64,000 bases of DNA from Eledone cirrhosa. Its lineage: Eukaryota. Positions 45,649-58,039 of the stretch are shown in pieces. A program made the position numbers and the translations under genes. The notes under the pieces are model-generated. The model was not told the DNA's origin. It worked only from the letters and a program-made list of their open reading frames with translations, and made no database searches. Numbering within the stretch: position 1 is the first letter of the stretch; every line of letters begins with the position of its first letter. The stretch covers positions 28,396,001-28,460,000 of the forward strand of contig OZ024746.1 in NCBI GenBank assembly GCA_964016885.1, in the 5' to 3' direction.

Positions 45649-47210
45649 GGTCTGATCGGACATCCTTTGGCCCGCTCTGGTAAGTCTCTTTATTTACCTG
45701 TCAATTATTTATTGTTAAATTTTTGTTGTTGTGTAAGGGATATAAGCCCTTGGACTTTGCCCTGTGAAGAGGAAAGTATAATATTTGGGTATTTTGGCCC
45801 AAATATTTGAACTTTTTACTTTTTAAAATTATCTAAAAAAAACATGGCTGAGCCACGCTCCCCAGCGATATGTCTGCTGTCGTGTGACATGGCCGTAATT
45901 AGAATAGGCAGTATAAATGTACGAGGCCTGGAGTCATCTTGGAAGCAGGGTCACCTGCTCAACGACTTCAGGTCACTAAACATAGATGTGGTGGCCATCA
46001 GCGAAACCAGTATCTCCGAAGCACGAGCCTTCGCACCAATCTTCGGCGGCTACGATGTATACGCATCTCCCAGTCGTCCGGGATCGGGGGGAGGAGTTGC
46101 TGTGCTTTTTCGGAGAGGCTAGGATCTCGCCATACGGGACCATCTTTCTGGACCCAGAAGATAACTTGCTGGTGTTGGACGTGACCGGCAGCAAGGGGAG
46201 GAGTGTGTAAAAGCCTCAACAACCTGCTCAGACGTTTTGATCTGTCTGACAGGTATAGACTGGATTATCCGAATGTGCCAATGTGGACATGGGCAAACTG
46301 CATCGGGTCATCCAGATCGTATTTAGATAGGGTATTCTGTAGGGAAACAGATACGGCTAGAATAGGTTGTCCACAATTTAAAGTAGTCGACTACACGGAA
46401 CACAAATTTGTGATCTGTGAAGTTGACTTAGATAGACTCCATTGGCAAAGGCCGGGTTACTGGAAGCTAAATGCCTCCATCCCGGCGCGCAAAGCTTACA
46501 GAAACAGAATTAGCGAATTAGTTAAGCGTGCGTTGATGGGTGCGATCGTCAACAATTGGTGGTTTTTATAGTAGAATCAATAAGGTTTATCAAAGGAGTA
46601 GTGATAGAGGAAAATAGAGTAGAAGCGAGCTAGTTAGAAAGCTAGAAGAGGCATTTAGGACAGGCATCGCAACCGACGTGCTTGCGGCGAGATTGGCACT
46701 CGACCAATTCTTCAACGCAAAGAATGAAAGCTGCGTTGTCAGAGCTAGAGCACGTGCACTGAGACACGAGGGAACGAAAGCCGTTCAGGAGGCGCGACGT
46801 GGCAACAAATCCAGAATTCGGTCTCTGCCTGATCAACACGGGCGCATGCTGCTCGAATCCGAGCAGATGTGTGCGGATTTTTAACAGAACCTTGCCGCGG
46901 CTCTCGACGACCGCAGCACAGTGCTGTGAAAAGCCGATAACAGCTGGTGAAATAGGAAAGCGATGTCTGACTGCCCGAAGGGTAAATTGCGAGGTCTGCA
47001 TGGTTTGCCCTACGAGGTATATGCGTACATGCCAGAGTTGTGCGGCGACCTGTTGGCAGATGTCTACTGCAACTGGCAGAGCAGAACGGGAGCGTTCCTA
47101 GTTTTGTGATCCGATGAGCGGTGGCGCTGCTGAGAAAAGACCCGAACAAGGGGGACGTTAAAGACAGCTTCAGGCCCATAACTCTGCAAAACGCAGAGTT
47201 CAAGATGTTG
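45649..47210 (+). mobile_element. Tx1/L1-clade LINE B, ORF1-less and 3'-truncated
   Basis: Starts after (ATT)n; IGSINVRGL, SYLDRVF, TEHKFV, GYWKLNAS, FRPITLQNAEFK. Confidence 0.88.
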
Positions 47211-50200
47211 AGTTCAAGCTTTCCTCTGGTGAACGTTGCTTTGGCGCATTTATCTAGTCCAAACTCCATTTTAATGTCATCACTGAACTGCTCCACAGTG
47301 GATAATAGCCCTTGCAATTGTTCATCATTTTTTGCAAATAGTTTCAGGTCATCCATGTAGAACAGGTGATTAATGGTTTTGTCATAGACTTTATATCCAT
47401 GTTTTGTTTCATTGAGCATTTTACTTAATGGTATAAGTGCGATGCAGAATAAAAGCGGTGATAAAGAGTCACCCTGAAAAATTCCACAATTAATATTAAC
47501 TTCTCCAGCTTCCAGTGATTTTGTTTCACTATTCAAAAGGAGTGTCGTTTTCCATGTCTTCATACTGAATGACAAAAACCTCCTGACAACGGGGGATATT
47601 TTGAAAATCTCTAAACATTTTTCAATCCAACTGTGTGGCAAACTATCGAATGCTTTTTTATAATCTATCCAAGCAATCGATAGATTTTTGTGTCTATTAT
47701 GACAATCTTCCAGTATCATTTTGTTAACCAGAAGCTGATCCTTACAGCCATATGAGCCTCGTTTACACCCTTTCTGCTCAATGAGAAATAGGTCATTTGT
47801 TATCAGGTGGTCATATGTGTATTCAGTTAGGACTGATGTTAAAATTTTATACATTGTGGTCAAGCAAGTTATCGGTCTGTAATTTTGGGGATTGTTTGTC
47901 TCATCATTCTTCGGAAGCAGGAATGTAATGCCCTTAACTAGCCATGATGGTATCTTTTCTGGCTCCTTAACTATTTCATTGTAAATTTGGGCTAACAGCT
48001 CATGAGACTCTGTGAAGGCATTTATCCAAAAGTTTTGTATTTTGTCTTTTCCTGGGGATTTCCATTTGCTGGTTTTTCTTAGAGCCAAGCGCAACTGTTC
48101 AACTGTTATATTTTCCCATATTTGTTCCTCAAGGTGAGCTGTAAGTTTCATTTGTCTGTCTATCCATGTGGCATGTATGTTATGAACTTTTTCTTCGGCC
48201 CAGATCTTTTCCCAGAATTCTTGCACTTCCTCCTTGGGTGGTATTGATTTAGCAGTTATTGTTGACTTACCAATTTTTCTGTAGAAGTTTCTTTGGTTGT
48301 TTTTGAACATATTATTGTCCTTATAGAATCTAGATCGTTTTTCAAAGCGCCTTATACGAGCAGCTTTGGCCGACACTTTTTGCTTGATTATTTCTATCAG
48401 CATGTCTATGTCACATGTTGATTTTATACTGTACTTTTTTTTTCAATTTTCTAAGTTTAGTTTGTTTAACATGTTCACCTACTTTATAGTTTGTTAAAAT
48501 TTCTATGTCAGATCGGAGAAGGTTTATTTGGCGATTGATGTTCTCTTGCCAAGTAGATTTCTTGTGGGAATTCCTTTGTTTTTTCATCTTCACTCCACAT
48601 AAGTGAGTGGTGACTTTAGCCGATGCATAATAGAGATGATTTAAATCAGTAATGTTTAGTTTGTTTGTGATGATAATGTTTTTGAGAATTATGTTAGTCT
48701 TGTGTATTATCTTTTGGTTCTGTTTGGAGTTCTGGATCTTAGGGAGGGTGTCTCGTTGCCCCATGTCAGATTCTTTCATTTTCATCCATTCGATCATAAT
48801 TTCATCCTTCAAGTTGGCAAGTTCATTCTCATTCATTTCTTTATCATTTACGATCTCATTATTTTCATTTGGAGTTTCATCCTGAGCATGCACTCCCTCC
48901 ACTTTTTCGATACTTTCTTTAATTTGTTCTGTTGCCAGTGATTCCGCCCCAACCCTGGGATTCGAAGTGTTACAGTTTACCTCGTTTTCACTGACACATG
49001 TTTCATTTTCCCTTCGCTGACTTTGTGCTAATAGCTTGATCTGATCAATTTCTATATCAGTTAGTAACTTTTTTCTTACAATATTTCTTCGTATATTGGC
49101 TAGTTTGTTACTGTCAATATAGCCTCTGTTTTCGGGATGTTTCTTTTTCCAGTTGATATATGTCTGTTCTGTATTCGATGTATTTGATGGGTAGTACATG
49201 GCAGTGTAGAAAGCCTCAAGGACTTCTTTATTATCTTCCTTTGACCATTTTTCTCTCTTTTTCTTTGGATTTCTTGGTGGTGAGCATGGAGGGCCAACAG
49301 TAGGAGTATTCCGGTTATGGGAGGTCTCCAGCTCCGAAGTGATGTGAAGGTTTGAACCATTAGCTGATTTTTCGATCCCAGTCTGGTTTCTCTCTGAGGG
49401 ACGCGGCCTTTTTTTACCCGGGTGACGGCCGATCCGGTATGAGATTTTATCATTAGACATTTACTTTATTTTGTCGCGTTTTATCCTTATCCGCCAAGGG
49501 GTAATCATTTCGTGTTACCACTTCTAGAACGAGTGTCAACCAAGACTAGAGGGGTCGTTCTCCCCTAGAGACACGGCTATTCCCCGCCGGCCGCCATCCC
49601 GGTATTTCTTGGTCACGGGGTTTTCTTTTTGTTGTTTTTTTTTAAATTGTTATTATCATGAGTGGTTCCTTAATGTGAGCATTGCGTGGCTTAAGAATGA
49701 AATTATTAATAATTGTCTCCACTCCAGGCACAAGGCCAGCAATCACCCAGTGCATTACAATAATATAATATACTTTTTACTGAAGTTGCCTGTTATTGTT
49801 GTTGGCTATGTCGGTGGTGGTGCCGGGGCTTTTTATATTGTTGGTGAGGAAGGGGTGAGCCAGCAGTCCCATAGTTGTTGATGTTGACGTTTGGCCGGTG
49901 GCCAGGTCACTAAGTCAATCTATTTATATCTTTTGCTAGCCTCTCCCTTGTCTAGTGATACCGCCATCTTCCCCTTTCTCTCTCAAGTTAACAAGGGAAT
50001 AGTGGTGGTAGCAATGAAGGAGTGGTGGCGGCGGTGATGGGATAGTGGTAGCAATGATGGATGGGGTGATGGAGGCGGTGGCATTGTCATTACTCAGTTT
50101 TGTGATGTAGTATCTATGAGTTTGTGTTCGTATGTTTAATATATATTGTGTTGACATATTCCCGTAAAATTGGGATTAAACATTTTGTTAAAACTTGAGA

Positions 50201-50607
50201 CAATAATAATAGTAATTATTATTATGATGCTGGGATTGATGGTGGTGGTGGTGAAATTGCCGTTATCTGGCTGTTATATTTAGTGTGATGGGATGGGTGG
50301 TGTATCAAGTTTCTGGTGTTGGTGAAATTGCTGTTATTTGGCTGTTCTATATAGTATAGACAGAGGGTGTTTTCTTCCATTTATAACCATTTTCTTTTTT
50401 TGAATACAAAATATATAATACAAAATTGAATATTTGAGCGATATAACAATATAATATGGATCCGAAATTTTATGGGACTTTATTCGGTGGTTTATGCAAC
50501 ATTTGTACTAAGAATTGTTATTTCACAATTGATTTAAATATGTTAAAAATCAAAAACTTACGGGAGCGATTTCATGACCTTCGACCACCTCGTGCGTCTT
50601 CTTCCCT
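47210..50607 (-). mobile_element. R4/Dong-clade non-LTR element B, 3'-truncated
   Basis: ORF 49460-48411 frameshifts into 48403-47210; WKSPGKD, NYRPITCL, WIDYKKAFDS, GIFQGDSLSP, YMDD; homologous to the 1130-aa ORF. Confidence 0.9.
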
Positions 50608-50632
50608 TATTATTATTATTATTATTATTATA

Positions 50633-50692
<60 letters not shown>

Positions 50693-50700
50693 GTTGTTAT

Positions 50701-53700
50701 TCCTTGAAACTCAGTCATTGATGTTGGTTAACTGGAAAGTCCGTTGGATTGAATATCAAGCCACTACCTGCAGCCTCAGATATTCAGGACGTATCGGAGG
50801 GTTCTTGCTGTTCCAAGCAAGCATGCCTTTTGAAGCGTTCCAAAAAGCGTGAAGGGACCGATTTTCTTTAACCATCCCTGGAAACTTTTGGAGATAGTCC
50901 CCAGTGCGCCTATGACAATCGGGATCACTTTGACTTCATGGCAGTTCCAAATCCTTTTCACCTCCCACTTTAGGTCTTGGTATCGGTTAATTTTCTCCCT
51001 CTCCTTCTCTTGCACTCTCGTGTCGAACGGGCAGGCCACATCCACAATCAGACACGATCTTTTTCCTTTGTCCACAACCACCAGGTCAGGTCTATTGTGT
51101 TCCAGTTTTTTGTCCGTCTGTATCCTAAAATCCCACAGCACCTTCACCTGATTGTTCTCCATCACCGCCTCTGGCCTATGCTCATACCATTTCTCAGAAT
51201 GTGGTAAATTGTTTACTTTGCACAGGTGCCAGTGGATCACCCTGCCCATCACATCGTGTCTCGAGCCCTTATAGAGGGTCTGGGCTAGGTGTTTACACTC
51301 GGACACAATGTGAGCCACAGTCTCCTCTCTCTCTCCACAGATCCTGCACAGTGGGTTAGCCTCCTCCTTGTAAATATGGTGCTTCAACCACTTCGTTTTG
51401 AGGGCCTGCTCCTGCGCAGCCATTAGCATTCCTTCTGTAGCCTTTTTGAGGTCTCCTCTTCTCAACCAGTTCCATGTCTGTGGATCTCTAAATTCAGTTT
51501 TCTCAAAGAAGGTACTATGAAGGGATTTTCCCTTAAGGCTGCTCTTCCTCCTTGATGTTATTTCCTCCTTGGACATCCCCTGGCCTACTGTCCCCTCCTT
51601 CAGTACAGTTCTGAGCATTGGCTCCTTACTATAGGTCACGTATTTGTATAGGTTGTTTTTCTCCATCTGAACACAGTCCTCTATGCTGATAAGACCTCTT
51701 CCACCCTCAGATCTCCTTAGGTAGAGTCTATCGACATCACTCCTCTTGTGGAACATGTTGTAGATAGTCAATAGCTTCCTAGTCTTCCTATCCATTTCTT
51801 TTTGTTCAGCAACATTCCATCTCAGAATTCCCGCACTGTACCTAATAATAGACACAGCTCGGGAATTTACTGCGCTTATGGCATTTCTGCTGTTCAGATG
51901 TGACTTCAATACGCTCCTTACTCTCCGAATGTATTCAGTTCTTAACAATTCCTTCATTTTTTTGTTCTTTATGCCATCAGCCTCCAGAACGCCCAAATAC
52001 TTGTATCCTTCCTCAGAGTCAATTTCCTTTATCATCTCACCTGTTGGTATCTGGATCCCGTTACTTCTGCTCAACCTACCCCTCCTCATCACAATGACTC
52101 CACATTTACCAATACCAAACTGCATGCATATATCACTGCTGAAAATACGGACAGTGTCAACAAGCACATCCAACTCCTTCTCACTTTTCCCGAAGAGCTT
52201 AAGATCGTCCATGAAGAGGAGGTGATTGATGGTAAGCTCTCCCCTTCCCAACTTGTATCCTGCTCTCACTTTTCGCAGCATAATGGTCAAGGGCATCAGG
52301 GCAAGGACAAACAACAGAGGGGACAGGCTATCTCCCTGGAAGATACCTCTCTTGATCTTCACGCTACCCAAGGATACTCCAGTTGATGTCAACTCTGTCT
52401 CCCAGAAACCCATACTCCTGCCTAGCAACTGTCTGATGTTATCTGCCACCCTGAAGATCTCCAGGCTTTTGGTGATCCAAGAATGAGGCACCATGTCAAA
52501 TGCCTTTCTGTAGTCTATCCATCCCATGGCAAGATCAGTGTGTCTCCTCCTGCAATTCCCCATTACCATCTTATCAACAAGTAACTGGTCCTTTGTACCA
52601 CGTGACTTCTTTCGGCATCCTTTCTGTTCGTCCGGTAACAAGTTGTTTGTGTGGAGGTGATGGTAGATTTCCTCAGACACAATGCTCGTCAACAGTTTCC
52701 ACATTACGGACAGACATGTGATAGGTCTATAGTTGGTAACATCATTACCCTTGATTCGGTCTTTCATTATCAGAACTGTGGTACCTTTTGTCAACCACTC
52801 TGGCACCTCACCCGACACCAAGCAGTCATTGAACATGGCCGTCAGCTTCGGGTGGAGGGGTGTTAAATGTTTAATCCAATACCCCTGCACACCATCTGGG
52901 CCTGGTGATTTCCAGTTGGTTAGTTTTTTGGCCTGCCCCTTAAGAGTTTCAACTGTGATACTCAAATCAGTTTGTTGTTGTGCCTGCTCACCGATCTCCC
53001 TCTGTACTGTCTCAATCCACCCTGCCTGGACATTATGTCTAACATCCTGCTCCCATATTCCTCTCCAGAATGTTTTAGTTTGCTCCGCCCCAGGGATCAA
53101 GTCGTTGCCTCTTTCTTTCCCCTCAAGCTGTCCAAACAGCATCTTCTGGTTGTTGTCGAACATGCGGTTCTGTTTATACTGACTGACTCTGTTCTCGTAT
53201 CGCCTGATTTTTGCACTCTTTGCTACAATGCGTTGCTTCAGTTCCTCTATGATAATATTTAGCTTTTTCCTCCTAGTTTTGTATTTTATTTCCAGTCTAT
53301 TTTTAGTGCCTATGTTTTTTAGTGTCCCATTCAGTAGTGACTCAAGCTTTCCTATGTTATTTCTCATTTCCCCGATTTGCCCACTCAGTCGCTTCTTCCA
53401 CCACGGCTCTGCTCTTTCTTGTCTGTTGTTTCCTCTCGCTTTTATACCAAGTAGTTTCCTCACCGTATTTGCTGTTGCTTTGAGGATATTGTTGCACTGG
53501 TGAAGGCTCCTCGCCTCAAGGTATGGGATGACTTTGTTTACCTTAGCTGTTGTTTCTTTTAACTTTTTCCTGTCTACAAATCTTAGGTTCATAGGTCTCC
53601 CACTATCATTGTTCAATTCATCTACCACTAAATTTAGGATGTCAACCAAATCTTGTCCTAGCCCGTCAGCATTCATCTCCTCAGTGGCCGTATCTCTGTT

Positions 53701-55259
53701 CCAGGTATTATTTATCTCAGTATTCAGATCATTATCTGCTTCGGGTGGTTCCTCCGTTCTCAGGACCTCTTCACCTTCATTTCCCACTGGCTCGCTTGTC
53801 TGGCATACTACACCCGCCATCTCCAAGCCATTCTCTCTGCTCAGTTCCTCCAGTTCCAGCTCGCTTATCCACCCATTAGTTCTTATTACCCGAGCCTGCC
53901 CGGCCAATTTTTGTTCATCTAATTTAAATAAACCAATCTCGTTCCAGATGTTATGCATCCGTCTCCTGTAGCCCCTCTCCTTGGGGTTACTTTTCAGGTA
54001 ACATTGCATAACAGTTCTATTCAATTCTTTCGTCCAGTTGGTTCTGGCCCCTTTCCTTCTTCTCCTTCCTCCAACATCAGCAGTATTTGGTTGACAGTCA
54101 GGTTCCTGCTGCTGAGCCAGGGGGCACCTGTTGGGTGAGAGTCTGTCACATGACGTTCTAGTCTCCATTTCACCGTTATTCGAACTGTTTATGTTCGATA
54201 TTTAAACACTCTTATCGAGGATTGGCGAATGTATGGTTACATAGCCATCTGTGGATCCGCCATTCCACTTGGCCCTTGTGTGGCATTATCACCACGCTGT
54301 ATACGAACACACATAAACAAACAAACACACAGGCAGAAAGGGCCCCCAAAATGAATAAGCATAAGTTTCATTGTAATGTAGTGTTCGAATGTCTGACTTA
54401 GTTTTTGTTTTTTAAGTTTTAGTTTTTCCCCCCTCTTCTCTGTCCGTCCGCCTGCTTCTCTCTTCATTCTTATTTTCTTTACGTTTTTTGGGGTTTTTTT
54501 TTTGTTTTTGTTTTTGTTTTTCTCTGTTTGTTTTTCTCGTTTTTTGCTGTTGTTGCTGTGCTGCTTTGGTTTTGTTGTTTGTTTTTTTCTTTTTTCTTTT
54601 GAGTCTATCTATATATTTTGATGTTTTGATGCCTTCCTCTTTTTTAGCAGTAGGGATTCTATAATGTGGTGGCAGCAGTCAGCTGGGAGAAGTGGGGACT
54701 GGCGGCGGTAGCGATACTGAGACAGTGGAGGTGGTGATGTCGATACCGAGGCAGTGGTGGCGGTGATGTGACCGTATTACTGTAGTGATGGTGCTGTAGC
54801 GGTGGCAGCAGTGAAGGAGTGAAGGGGTGGTGGCGGCGGTGATGGGATAATGGTGGTAATGATGGCCGTAGTGAGCGGTGGTGGGGAAAATGCCGTTATC
54901 TGGCTGTTGTGTTTAGTGTACACAGGTGATGGGGTGGGTGGTGTATCTAGTTTCTGGTGTTGGTGAGTTTGGCTGTTCTATATAGTGTAGACAGAGGAGA
55001 GGAGGGGGGGGGGGGGTCTTCTTCCATTTATAGCCATTTTCTTTTTTGGATATACAGTGTACAATACAAAGTTGAATATTTGAATATTTGAGCCTTATAA
55101 CAATATATTTTGGGCCCGAATTTTTGGGGGCTCAAGCCGGGTGCTTTACGTAGCATTTGTACTAAGAGTTGTTATTTCACAAATGATTTAAATATGTTAA
55201 AAATTCAAAACTTACGGGAGCGATTTCATGACCTCCGCCACCTCGTGCGTCTTCTTCCC

Positions 55260-55260
<1 letters not shown>
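50701..55260 (-). mobile_element. R4/Dong-clade non-LTR element A, full length, in (TAA)n
   Basis: Single ORF, 75-bp 3' UTR, ~1.1-kb 5' region, TAA arrays at 50608-50700 and 55260-55329. Confidence 0.92.
50776..54168 (-). CDS. RT-CCHC-restriction-like endonuclease protein (1130 aa)
   Basis: WKSPGPDG, NYRPITCL, WIDYRKAFD, GIFQGDSLSP, FMDD, CRICGEREETVAHIVSEC, RHD, LWDFRIQTD..NRPD..IVDVACP..KINRYQDL. Confidence 0.95.
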   Translation of the reverse strand: METRTSCDRLSPNRCPLAQQQEPDCQPNTADVGGRRRRKGARTNWTKELNRTVMQCYLKSNPKERGYRRRMHNIWNEIGLFKLDEQKLAGQARVIRTNGWISELELEELSRENGLEMAGVVCQTSEPVGNEGEEVLRTEEPPEADNDLNTEINNTWNRDTATEEMNADGLGQDLVDILNLVVDELNNDSGRPMNLRFVDRKKLKETTAKVNKVIPYLEARSLHQCNNILKATANTVRKLLGIKARGNNRQERAEPWWKKRLSGQIGEMRNNIGKLESLLNGTLKNIGTKNRLEIKYKTRRKKLNIIIEELKQRIVAKSAKIRRYENRVSQYKQNRMFDNNQKMLFGQLEGKERGNDLIPGAEQTKTFWRGIWEQDVRHNVQAGWIETVQREIGEQAQQQTDLSITVETLKGQAKKLTNWKSPGPDGVQGYWIKHLTPLHPKLTAMFNDCLVSGEVPEWLTKGTTVLIMKDRIKGNDVTNYRPITCLSVMWKLLTSIVSEEIYHHLHTNNLLPDEQKGCRKKSRGTKDQLLVDKMVMGNCRRRHTDLAMGWIDYRKAFDMVPHSWITKSLEIFRVADNIRQLLGRSMGFWETELTSTGVSLGSVKIKRGIFQGDSLSPLLFVLALMPLTIMLRKVRAGYKLGRGELTINHLLFMDDLKLFGKSEKELDVLVDTVRIFSSDICMQFGIGKCGVIVMRRGRLSRSNGIQIPTGEMIKEIDSEEGYKYLGVLEADGIKNKKMKELLRTEYIRRVRSVLKSHLNSRNAISAVNSRAVSIIRYSAGILRWNVAEQKEMDRKTRKLLTIYNMFHKRSDVDRLYLRRSEGGRGLISIEDCVQMEKNNLYKYVTYSKEPMLRTVLKEGTVGQGMSKEEITSRRKSSLKGKSLHSTFFEKTEFRDPQTWNWLRRGDLKKATEGMLMAAQEQALKTKWLKHHIYKEEANPLCRICGEREETVAHIVSECKHLAQTLYKGSRHDVMGRVIHWHLCKVNNLPHSEKWYEHRPEAVMENNQVKVLWDFRIQTDKKLEHNRPDLVVVDKGKRSCLIVDVACPFDTRVQEKEREKINRYQDLKWEVKRIWNCHEVKVIPIVIGALGTISKSFQGWLKKIGPFTLFGTLQKACLLGTARTLRYVLNI

Positions 55261-55329
<69 letters not shown>

Positions 55330-55620
55330 CCTTGAGAAAGCCCCAAAATATTCCTTGGCAGAACCATCCCACGTTTAATCAGTTCTATGAAAAAATCTAA
55401 AAATTAAGTACACACTGATTGAACGTCGTACAAGGTTTGCTGGTCACTACTTCCGCGTAAAAGATGAGATGGTTTCAAATCTCATGATATGGGAGATTTC
55501 ATTTACAAGAAAGCTCAGATGCCAGGATACCAGAGCAAGAGAGACTGGAATTGAGAAGGGAGATCTACAAGCCTTGATGGGAACCACGGACAGTTGGCGT
55601 AAAGCTGTACTCGTTGTTTG
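55330..55620 (+). pseudogene. RTE-clade LINE 3' remnant
   Basis: NIPWQNHPT, AGHYFRVKDEMVSNLMIWE, RETGIE..DLQALM..DSWR. Confidence 0.65.
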
Positions 55621-56968
55621 TCCTATGGGCGTTGGATAAGATAATGTAGGGTTTTGTATTTTACAAGCCCTGTCAGTCCTTATAAGTAGATCCATGATTA
55701 AAGATATTCCAGCCGTGACAATCCCGTCCTTCTCTCTGGAGTTACGTATCAACAACTACCACGACTAATGTGACGTTTCCATTTTTATGACGGTAGAGTG
55801 TAATTTGAGGGAAGTTTGACTGTGGCTTCTACCATCATAAACCCTGCTATAAGACAGTATCTTTCTGTAAATTAATGGCTGTCTGGTGAAATCAAGAAAT
55901 ACCTAGTGACTTAAATTACCAACCATTTTGTTTTAAGACACAGGTGAACAGGAAGTCATTCCAATAGATACTATTTCAAAGTGATATGATCGGAACATCT
56001 GTTTCCAGAAATTCTTACGACAACATTATTATTATACGCCAATGTTAAATATTTCTTTGGAAACTTTGCCAAATTATTCGTTATCTAAGTAGTTCCGCTA
56101 CTTAAAGATGAAATTAAGAGTGCACAAGCATTAAATATCAAGTGTAGTTTTATTCCACATATATAAACTTGAATTGTTTTAAAAGATAAGACTATGAATA
56201 TCTCTCTGCAAGGAGATATTAAAATGTAAACAATTATATAGAGTTAGTCGGTTAAATTCTACTCTAATTATCCTACTGAACGTCGGCATTGCTATTCTTA
56301 TATAGGTGAGACGGTAGAGTGCATGTCTATAAACTGTGTATTTCTTTTATCCTTTTACTGGCTTCATTCTTTAGACTGCTGTCATGCTGGGGCACCAGCT
56401 TGATGGGAATTAGTCGATCATGTTGACCCTTATTTCAAATCTGTTACCTGGCGAAATGCGAGGTTACAAGACAAACAGTAAACGTCAATACAAATGCAGA
56501 TATATGTATGTCCATATATCCGCGTTTGATATGTGTGTATGTGTGTATATGTATGTCCATACATATACACATACATATACACACATACGCACATATCAAC
56601 ACGTATATATTTGATGAGATTCTACATAGTTTCCGTCTACCAAATTTCACTCACGTGAGTGTTTCTGTGTAGGATTTATCTTGAGGTATATACTGTAAAG
56701 AGAAGCATGTATGGCTGTGTGCCTAAGGAATTTGTTTTCCGACTACTTCAATTCCGGCCCAGTCTCCTAGTGCTGTATCTTGAGTATCTGTCTTTTCGTA
56801 TAGCCTCGTGGTGACCAATGCTTCGTTGAATATAGATGTGCTGGTGCGCAACAAATTTACATCTTATAAAAGGATTCTCATGAGTTTTAATCATACAACA
56901 CTCAGTCCTGTCATAAAATAGCTCCTTTTCTGTCGGGATGTCATGTACGGACGCACACATACCCACAC

Positions 56969-57001
<33 letters not shown>

Positions 57002-57405
57002 TGCTGACATATATACTCCTACTCACACACACACACACAAACACACATACACAAACACAAACTTATACATAAACAAACATACCTACAGAAACAAACACAC
57101 ATACATACACACATACATGCACACTCATACACACACACAAAATCACCCACCCACCCCCAAGTACACATACACAGTCTCTCTTTCTAAACATTGTGGTGTA
57201 ACATAATTCAACTAACTCAGGCTTTCATGATTAACTTGGCAATATTTCATAATTTCTTAATTAAGCAATTTGTCAAATATACTTCCTAACGCCACCACCA
57301 TGACCACTCATTAAAATATAAATTACTTGTTTAGGTATATTCGGTATGTATAAATGTAGATACATATATACACACACACTTACATATATATATATACACA
57401 TGTAT

Positions 57406-57530
<125 letters not shown>

Positions 57531-57550
57531 TATATATATATATATATATG

Positions 57551-58039
57551 TCACCAGTTCTAATCGTACGAGAATAAATCCAGGATGCAGTTGCAGAAAG
57601 CCGGATGAATGCCCATTACAGGGCAAATGTAATACCAAATCCGTTGTATATGAGGCCAAAGTGACACCTTTGATTAACAACCAGCCAGCCAGGAGTGAAC
57701 GATATGTTGGCATGACTCAGGTTTTATGCACATGTCGCTTCTTTTAAACACTCTGATAAAAGAACAGCAACGGCCCTCGCAAATAAGTTGTGGGAATTCA
57801 AAGATAAAAACATTCCGTACTCTATCGATTGGTCTATTTTAGACCATTCGAGGGAATACCAAAGGGGCACAAAGCATTGTTCTTTGTGTACCACTGATAA
57901 ATTTAGAATTCTACAAAATTTGAAAGCCACTTCAACTTGCCTGAACTCCAAGATCGAGATCTTCAGATGTTGTCCTCACCTGAAATCACATCTGCTCTGT
58001 AACTGGATTGACATCCCTACGATGACTCAACCACCTTGA
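57551..58039 (+). pseudogene. PLE GIY-YIG C-terminal remnant (Nematis-like)
   Basis: CSCRKPDECPLQGKCNTKSVVYEAKV..YVGMT; LWEFKD..IDWSIL..CSLCTTDK..LNSKIE. Confidence 0.85.

Noticed and set aside
46745-48403. 552-aa ORF as one protein
   Set aside because: The C-terminal part is antisense Tx1B sequence past the 47210 junction
49460-55260. HDV-like ribozymes in Dong 5' UTRs (CCTCG/ACTCG loops at ~49530, 54225, 55240)
   Set aside because: Could not build the full double pseudoknot by eye; the best loop is on the wrong strand; needs a descriptor search
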